Below are positions 59,023 to 64,000 of a DNA stretch of 64,000 bases, one piece after another; position 1 is the stretch's first letter, and each line of letters starts with the position of its first letter. Origin of the DNA: an uncultured Verrucomicrobiota bacterium. Its GTDB lineage: Bacteria; Verrucomicrobiota; Verrucomicrobiia; Opitutales; Seribacteraceae. The translations under genes were made by a program, and so were the position numbers. The notes under the pieces are model-generated. The model saw nothing but the letters and a program-made list of their open reading frames with translations, had not been told where the DNA came from and ran no database searches. The DNA lies in the NCBI GenBank assembly GCA_902618175.1, contig CACMZN010000005.1:5371-69370 (forward strand), in the 5' to 3' direction.

Positions 59023-59295
59023 TTACGGATCGGGGGTCACCCAAGTACCGCTCGCATAATCATAGAAGGATGCCTCTTCCATATCGGGCAGTTGACCGAA
59101 GTAGAGCCACCCTCCCGACTCTTCATCGGTTTCGGATCGGAAGAGGAAGGGAAAGACCTCGGAATTTGTCCACAACCAACCCATGCCCGGTTGGTAATAC
59201 CATTCCTGGGTATGAGGGATGGACCGGTCCATTTGTTCGAGAAAAGTAATGGCTGACAATCCTTTTTCCGCCAGTTCGGCTTGCACGGTTGCCAA
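59023..59295 (-). pseudogene. Orphan Trp/Tyr-rich C-terminal domain, probable remnant of a larger secreted protein
   Basis: WYYQPGMGWLWT...FPFLFR...GWLYF...FYDY...W; weak TTG start; frame closed by TAG about 11 codons upstream; no signal peptide. Confidence 0.5.
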
Positions 59296-59376
59296 GGATT
59301 CTGCATTTCCCCTTGTTTTGCCTGCTACCTAAAACTTAAGGTTTTTACTTGGTGAAGAATTTGCTAGTATGAGATT

Positions 59377-60165
59377 ATGATTATCCTTTTGTCCCCTGCC
59401 AAGACTCTCGACTTCGAATCCAAACCTACGCACGAGGTCTGTACCCAACCAGATTTTCTTTCCTTTTCTCATGAATTGATCAAAGGACTGGCCAATCTAA
59501 GTTCGGAAGAGATTTCCTCTCTCATGGACATAAGTGAAAAGTTGTCCGAATTGAACCGTTCCCGTTACCGGGAATGGAATGTGAATCATGACCCTGATAA
59601 TGCCAAACAAGCCGTTTTGGCCTTTAAGGGGGACGTCTATGAGGGTTTGCGGGCATGGAATTTCAAAAAGGATGATTTCGTCTACGCTCAGAAACATCTG
59701 AGGATACTTTCCGGGCTTTATGGGATTCTTCGTCCCCTTGATCTGATACAACCGCACAGGTTGGAAATGGGTACCTTGTATGCGAATCCGGCAGGCAGGG
59801 ACTTGTATTGCTTTTGGGGGGATCGATTATGCCAGGCCATTAATCAGGATTTGAAAAACCTGAACTCTGATCTGCTGATCAATCTTGCTTCGCAAGAATA
59901 TTTCAAGGCTACCAGGGAAAATTCCATCGATGCCAGGGTTGTTTCTCCTATTTTCAAAGATGAAAAAAAGGGCAAATTCAAAATCATCAGTTTTTATGCA
60001 AAGAAAGCCAGGGGCTTGATGAGTTCCTACTTGATCAGAAATGAGATTTCGGACTTGGAAGGTCTGCTTGAGTTCTCTGAATTCGGTTATCAGTATTCTA
60101 AGAGTCATTCCACTCCTAACGAACCCGTTTTTTTACGTTCAGAAGAAAATCGAATTGCCGTTTGA
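59377..60165 (+). CDS. yaaA: Peroxide stress protein YaaA (UPF0246)
   Basis: LLSPAKTLD, FKGDVY, ILSGLYG, RLEMG, NLASQEY, FYAKKARG. Confidence 0.95.
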   Translation: MIILLSPAKTLDFESKPTHEVCTQPDFLSFSHELIKGLANLSSEEISSLMDISEKLSELNRSRYREWNVNHDPDNAKQAVLAFKGDVYEGLRAWNFKKDDFVYAQKHLRILSGLYGILRPLDLIQPHRLEMGTLYANPAGRDLYCFWGDRLCQAINQDLKNLNSDLLINLASQEYFKATRENSIDARVVSPIFKDEKKGKFKIISFYAKKARGLMSSYLIRNEISDLEGLLEFSEFGYQYSKSHSTPNEPVFLRSEENRIAV

Positions 60166-60191
60166 TGTATCTTGAGTCAAGGGTGTAGACA

Positions 60192-61568
60192 ATGTTGCCC
60201 AAATACCTTCCTCTGGTTTTGTCATGCCTGTTCACTTTCATGGCAACAAATCTCAAAAGTTCGGAGTCTTTTATCGTGGTAGCATACAATGTGGAGAACT
60301 TGTTCGATCTGGATGGAGTTTCTCGATACGAAGACTATGAGAAAAAGCTGTATGGAGAGAAGGAATTAAACAACAAACTCGATTCCATAATCCGAATTCT
60401 CAAAGAGATTGGGGGAGAATCAGGTCCGGATATCGTTCTGCTTCAGGAAATCGAAGTGGACCAAACACCCGAAAATTTTCCCTCTGCAACAGAAATCCTC
60501 ATCAACAGACTAAAGAAGGAGAACCTGGGACCTTATCAACATGCACTGGGATACGACCCGAAGATTCCTCCCCAATATCTACCCTCCATTCATTGCCTCA
60601 CTCTTTCCAAGTTTCCCATTGTGGATCAGGTGCTGCATCCCATTCCGAGAGCCCGTCCGATTTTGGAAACCACTCTTTCCATAAATGGTTCTTCCTTCGT
60701 ACTGTTCAACAACCACTGGAAATCCGGGGCTTCTTCCGAAGCGATGGAAATGCTTCGTTTGCAAAGCGCTCAAGTCCTGAGGCAACGAATCGATGAGATA
60801 AAGGACATGAACGAAGAGGTTGATTTCCTTGTGGGAGGAGATTTGAATTCACATTACAACCAGTCGACGGTTTATGCTGAATTTTTGGAAAAAACAGGAA
60901 TCAACGACGTCTTGCTGTCAAAAAATCTGGAACCCACAGGGGTAAACTCAACAGACAATCTTTACAACCTATGGCATGAACTACCCGCAGAACAAAGAAG
61001 ATCGGATGCCTGGCGTGGGAAGTGGGGAACATTGATGCATTTGATCCTTCCCGATTCCTTATACGATCAAAAAGGCATAAGTTACGTTTCGGATTCCTTT
61101 GCGGTGGCAAAATATGACGGTCTTAATTCGATTCGGGGTAGTGGGCTTCCCTTCAAATGGTCCAACGATTTGGATGGCTTCGGAGCGAGTGATCATTTTC
61201 CAATCTATGCAAAATTCTCCACGGAAAAGACCATATCGAACAATGGAAGAACATTTGCGATGGTAGAGAATCTTTTGCAAGAGGTGGACTACAGCCAAGC
61301 AAGGAAGAAAATTCTGCCCTGGGAGCCAAAGTTTTTATCTCCTGCCTATTATGGAAATTTATTTCGCTTTTCTGGAGTCATTGCACCCACAAGACCCCTT
61401 GCTCTAGTGACAAAGGGTCATCGACTCGGACTTTACAGTTTTAAAGAGAACGTAAGAAAAAAACTCTTTAACTTGAGGAAAGGCTTGCGTTTTTCAGGAA
61501 TCGGTCATCTGTCTCGCTATCGTGGGCAGTGGCAATTCATAATCGAAGAGGAAAATTGGATCAATTAG
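60192..61568 (+). CDS. Secreted endonuclease/exonuclease/phosphatase family protein
   Basis: Signal peptide-like N-term, YNVENLFD, LQEIE, NHWKS, GDLN, GASDHFP. Confidence 0.88.
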   Translation: MLPKYLPLVLSCLFTFMATNLKSSESFIVVAYNVENLFDLDGVSRYEDYEKKLYGEKELNNKLDSIIRILKEIGGESGPDIVLLQEIEVDQTPENFPSATEILINRLKKENLGPYQHALGYDPKIPPQYLPSIHCLTLSKFPIVDQVLHPIPRARPILETTLSINGSSFVLFNNHWKSGASSEAMEMLRLQSAQVLRQRIDEIKDMNEEVDFLVGGDLNSHYNQSTVYAEFLEKTGINDVLLSKNLEPTGVNSTDNLYNLWHELPAEQRRSDAWRGKWGTLMHLILPDSLYDQKGISYVSDSFAVAKYDGLNSIRGSGLPFKWSNDLDGFGASDHFPIYAKFSTEKTISNNGRTFAMVENLLQEVDYSQARKKILPWEPKFLSPAYYGNLFRFSGVIAPTRPLALVTKGHRLGLYSFKENVRKKLFNLRKGLRFSGIGHLSRYRGQWQFIIEEENWIN

Positions 61569-61747
61569 TCCTTCCCTTTATCCATGCCCTTGGCATTAGC
61601 CAATCTACTCTCAACTGATTTTCTCTGCATATCTCGGTAGTAACTGGAATTGCCGCGTTTCTTCGCCTTTCCTTTTCCGGCGGCACCCCCCTTTTTTCCC
61701 ATTTTTGATGCAATGAAACCCAGAGCCTGCTGATTTTTTCCACTCAT
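61565..61747 (-). CDS. Small basic protein with GxKGG motif
   Basis: MSGKNQQALGFIASKMGKKGGAAGKGKAKKRG...; ATG 61747 lies 4 nt after the upstream stop. Confidence 0.6.
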   Translation of the reverse strand: MSGKNQQALGFIASKMGKKGGAAGKGKAKKRGNSSYYRDMQRKSVESRLANAKGMDKGKD

Positions 61748-61751
61748 TTTT

Positions 61752-61982
61752 CTAGCGATTGATTCGATCAAAGACCTTGAGCAAATGTTCAAGTCGTTGA
61801 TAGGAGTTTTCCATTCCCTCGAGAATCCGTGACGCTCTTTCTTCCTCTTTTTCGTTTTGAAAAAAAGGACCGGAACCCACCTTCTGCTTTTTTTCGATCC
61901 TGGAAAGCAAAAGTTCCCTTTCTGAATTATCCTCTTTCAATTTTATGTTTTTCCCACCATTTTCCATACCTGTTTTTTGCAC
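61752..61982 (-). CDS. Small charged hypothetical protein
   Basis: About 70-76 aa ORF filling the gap between obgE and the KGG-like gene; no motif. Confidence 0.45.
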   Translation of the reverse strand: MQKTGMENGGKNIKLKEDNSERELLLSRIEKKQKVGSGPFFQNEKEEERASRILEGMENSYQRLEHLLKVFDRINR

Positions 61983-62030
61983 AAGCGTTTGTGTAATACA
62001 AGATCAAAAAAAAAGTATTTTTCAAATGGA

Positions 62031-63020
62031 TTATTTTAATCTGGCGGCTAGTTCACGACGCAACTGGTCTAGCCCATCCTCCAATATGGCAGAAACCAAT
62101 AGAGGTCTGATTTTCGGAAATTTCTTCTTAAAAAGGTTGAAATTTCCCAGGGAACTCGGTTCGTCGCATTTATTTGCAACCACCAAGAAGGGTTTTTGGG
62201 CCAATCGTGGATCATATTCAAACAATTCCCTCTGCAAATGATTGAAATCTTCACAGGGATCCCGATGGTCATTGCATGCCATGTCCAAAAGATAAAGAAT
62301 TAATCTGCAACGCTCGACATGCCTGAGAAAGCGATGTCCCAACCCACGATTTTCCGCTGCTCCCTCTATGAGTCCCGGAATGTCAGCCATGGTTATGGAG
62401 CTGAAGTCCTCCGGATATTCAATGACTCCGACAGTGGGTACGAGTGTTGTGAAGGGATACGAAGCCACTTTTGGGGTAGCTTTGGTTAAGGTGTTCAACA
62501 AGGTGGACTTGCCTGCATTGGGAAAACCAACCAGTCCGACGTCAGCGATCGTTTTCAAAGTAAATACGAAGTCACCCTCCGTTCCTCTTTTACCCTCGGT
62601 AAATTGTCTTGGAGTTTGGTTGGTGGATGATTTGAAGGTGGCGTTTCCACGACCTCCCTTCCCACCTCCCAGAATCATTATTTCCTGATTGTGTTGAAGC
62701 AACTCACATAGAATCTGTTCCGAATCGACTTCTCTAACTTGAGTCCCGAGAGGAAGATTGAGAATGCAGGAATCACCCGCTTTTCCATTTTGGTCACTTC
62801 CCCTACCCGGTTCGCCATTTCGAGCTTTCCAATGTTTTTTGAAATGAAAGGCTCGCAGATCGGAAATATTCTCGTCGCCCCGCAGGACGACATTTCCTCC
62901 CCTCCCACCATTTCCTCCATTGGGACCTCCATTTGGCATATATTTTTGTCTCAGGAAAGACATGCATCCATCCCCACCGTCTCCCGCCTTTAAGTATACC
63001 TTCGTTTCGTCGTAAAACAT
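62031..63020 (-). CDS. obgE: GTPase Obg/CgtA
   Basis: Gly-rich Obg fold, GFPNAGKS, YPFTTL, DIPG, GLGHRFLRHVER, NKCD. Confidence 0.96.
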   Translation of the reverse strand: MFYDETKVYLKAGDGGDGCMSFLRQKYMPNGGPNGGNGGRGGNVVLRGDENISDLRAFHFKKHWKARNGEPGRGSDQNGKAGDSCILNLPLGTQVREVDSEQILCELLQHNQEIMILGGGKGGRGNATFKSSTNQTPRQFTEGKRGTEGDFVFTLKTIADVGLVGFPNAGKSTLLNTLTKATPKVASYPFTTLVPTVGVIEYPEDFSSITMADIPGLIEGAAENRGLGHRFLRHVERCRLILYLLDMACNDHRDPCEDFNHLQRELFEYDPRLAQKPFLVVANKCDEPSSLGNFNLFKKKFPKIRPLLVSAILEDGLDQLRRELAARLK

Positions 63021-63082
63021 ATGCTTCCTTACTCAAATAACCTTCAGACGATAAGACAGTTACGGAATATGATCAACCAAGC

Positions 63083-63122
63083 AAAAAAAAGACCGCATTC
63101 GATTCTGAGCCGAACGCGGTCT
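63083..63122 (-). terminator. Rho-independent terminator after ahcY
   Basis: Minus strand AGACCGCGTTCG-loop-CGAATGCGGTCT followed by a T-run. Confidence 0.8.
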
Positions 63123-63142
63123 AGTAGAGAAAGAAAGTTTGA

Positions 63143-64000
63143 TCAATATCTATAATGATCTGGTTTGTAGGGACCATCTACGGGAACTCCGATGTAATCC
63201 GCTTGGTCTGCGCTCAAAGTTGTAAGCTTAGCTCCCAGTTTGTCAAGATGGAGCCTGGCAACTTCTTCATCCAGCTCCTTGCTAAGTCGATAGACGCCAA
63301 TCTTTCTGTTTGGATTCTTGCGTATGTCGATTTGAGCAATGATTTGGTTAGTGAAACTGTTGGACATTACAAAACTGGGGTGCCCCGTAGCGCAACCGAG
63401 GTTGATGAGACGACCCTCTGCAAGCAAATATATGCTTCTGCCGTCAGGAAAGGTAAATCGGCTAACAGGCCCACCGGGTACGTGATCTTCTTTAATAACC
63501 TCCTTGACCACACCTTCCATTTCTTCGAGCTTGGATACTTGAATCTCGTTGTCGAAGTGACCGATGTTGCATACGATCGCCTGGTCTTTCATCTTGCTCA
63601 TGTGTTCAGCAGTGATGATGTCTTTATTTCCAGTGGTTGTTACAAAGATATCAGCGGTGTCCAATGCATCTTCAATGGTAGTGACTTGGTAACCAACCAT
63701 ACAAGCTTGCAATGCACAAATCGGGTCCACTTCGGAGACCATGACGCGAGCCTTTTCATTGGCCAAGGAATCTGCGGATCCCTTCCCGACATCACCAAAT
63801 CCGCATACCATTGCAACTTTACCAGAAATCAATACATCGAGTGCTCGTTTGATACCATCCACCAATGAATGCCGACAACCGTAATTGTTGTCGAATTTGG
63901 ACTTGGTGACTGAATCATTTACATTGATTGCAGGGAAAAGAAGACTGTTGTTTTCATGCATCTGTATCAAACGGTGTACCCCAGTAGTAGTCTCTTCGGA
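63143..64000 (-). CDS. ahcY: Adenosylhomocysteinase, 3' part (5' end outside window)
   Basis: EETTTGVHR at the window edge, [46 protein letters not shown]. Confidence 0.97.
   Translation of the reverse strand, partial: SEETTTGVHRLIQMHENNSLLFPAINVNDSVTKSKFDNNYGCRHSLVDGIKRALDVLISGKVAMVCGFGDVGKGSADSLANEKARVMVSEVDPICALQACMVGYQVTTIEDALDTADIFVTTTGNKDIITAEHMSKMKDQAIVCNIGHFDNEIQVSKLEEMEGVVKEVIKEDHVPGGPVSRFTFPDGRSIYLLAEGRLINLGCATGHPSFVMSNSFTNQIIAQIDIRKNPNRKIGVYRLSKELDEEVARLHLDKLGAKLTTLSADQADYIGVPVDGPYKPDHYRY

Noticed and set aside
63155-63868. 237-aa ORF antisense to ahcY
   Set aside because: Shadow frame of a conserved gene

Overview
Bacterial chromosomal window, most consistent with a marine Verrucomicrobiota (Opitutales-like) genome; the taxonomy is inferred from gene style, not searched. 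Bases 1-37.5 kb are one large minus-strand surface-polysaccharide locus: wzi, SLBB/Wza export protein, GbsR/MarR regulator, JUMPstart/ops-like element, wzz, a WbpA/B/D/E-type diacetamido-uronic acid set, gmd, a CDP-6-deoxyhexose set, then a very AT-rich glycosyltransferase cassette. That cassette holds an ABC flippase, a three-domain aldolase/Rossmann/CMP-ulosonate synthetase fusion, a sulfotransferase, a methyltransferase and a Wzy/WaaL-like protein. It is followed by decayed rmlD/rmlB relics, wecA, an epimerase, DegT and asnB. A nucleotidyltransferase plus unknown gene pair and a YefM-like relic are embedded in the locus. Bases 37.6-64 kb are mostly housekeeping: glnD, a GAF histidine kinase, HNH nuclease, purS-FAH-purQ-purL-purF, xerD, a lytic transglycosylase, an MrpA-less Mrp antiporter operon, yaaA, an EEP nuclease, obgE and the 3' part of ahcY. 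No rRNA, tRNA, CRISPR array or transposase was recognised. The best candidates for new biology are the aldolase-based CMP-ulosonate module, the ops/JUMPstart-like element and the NTase gene pair.
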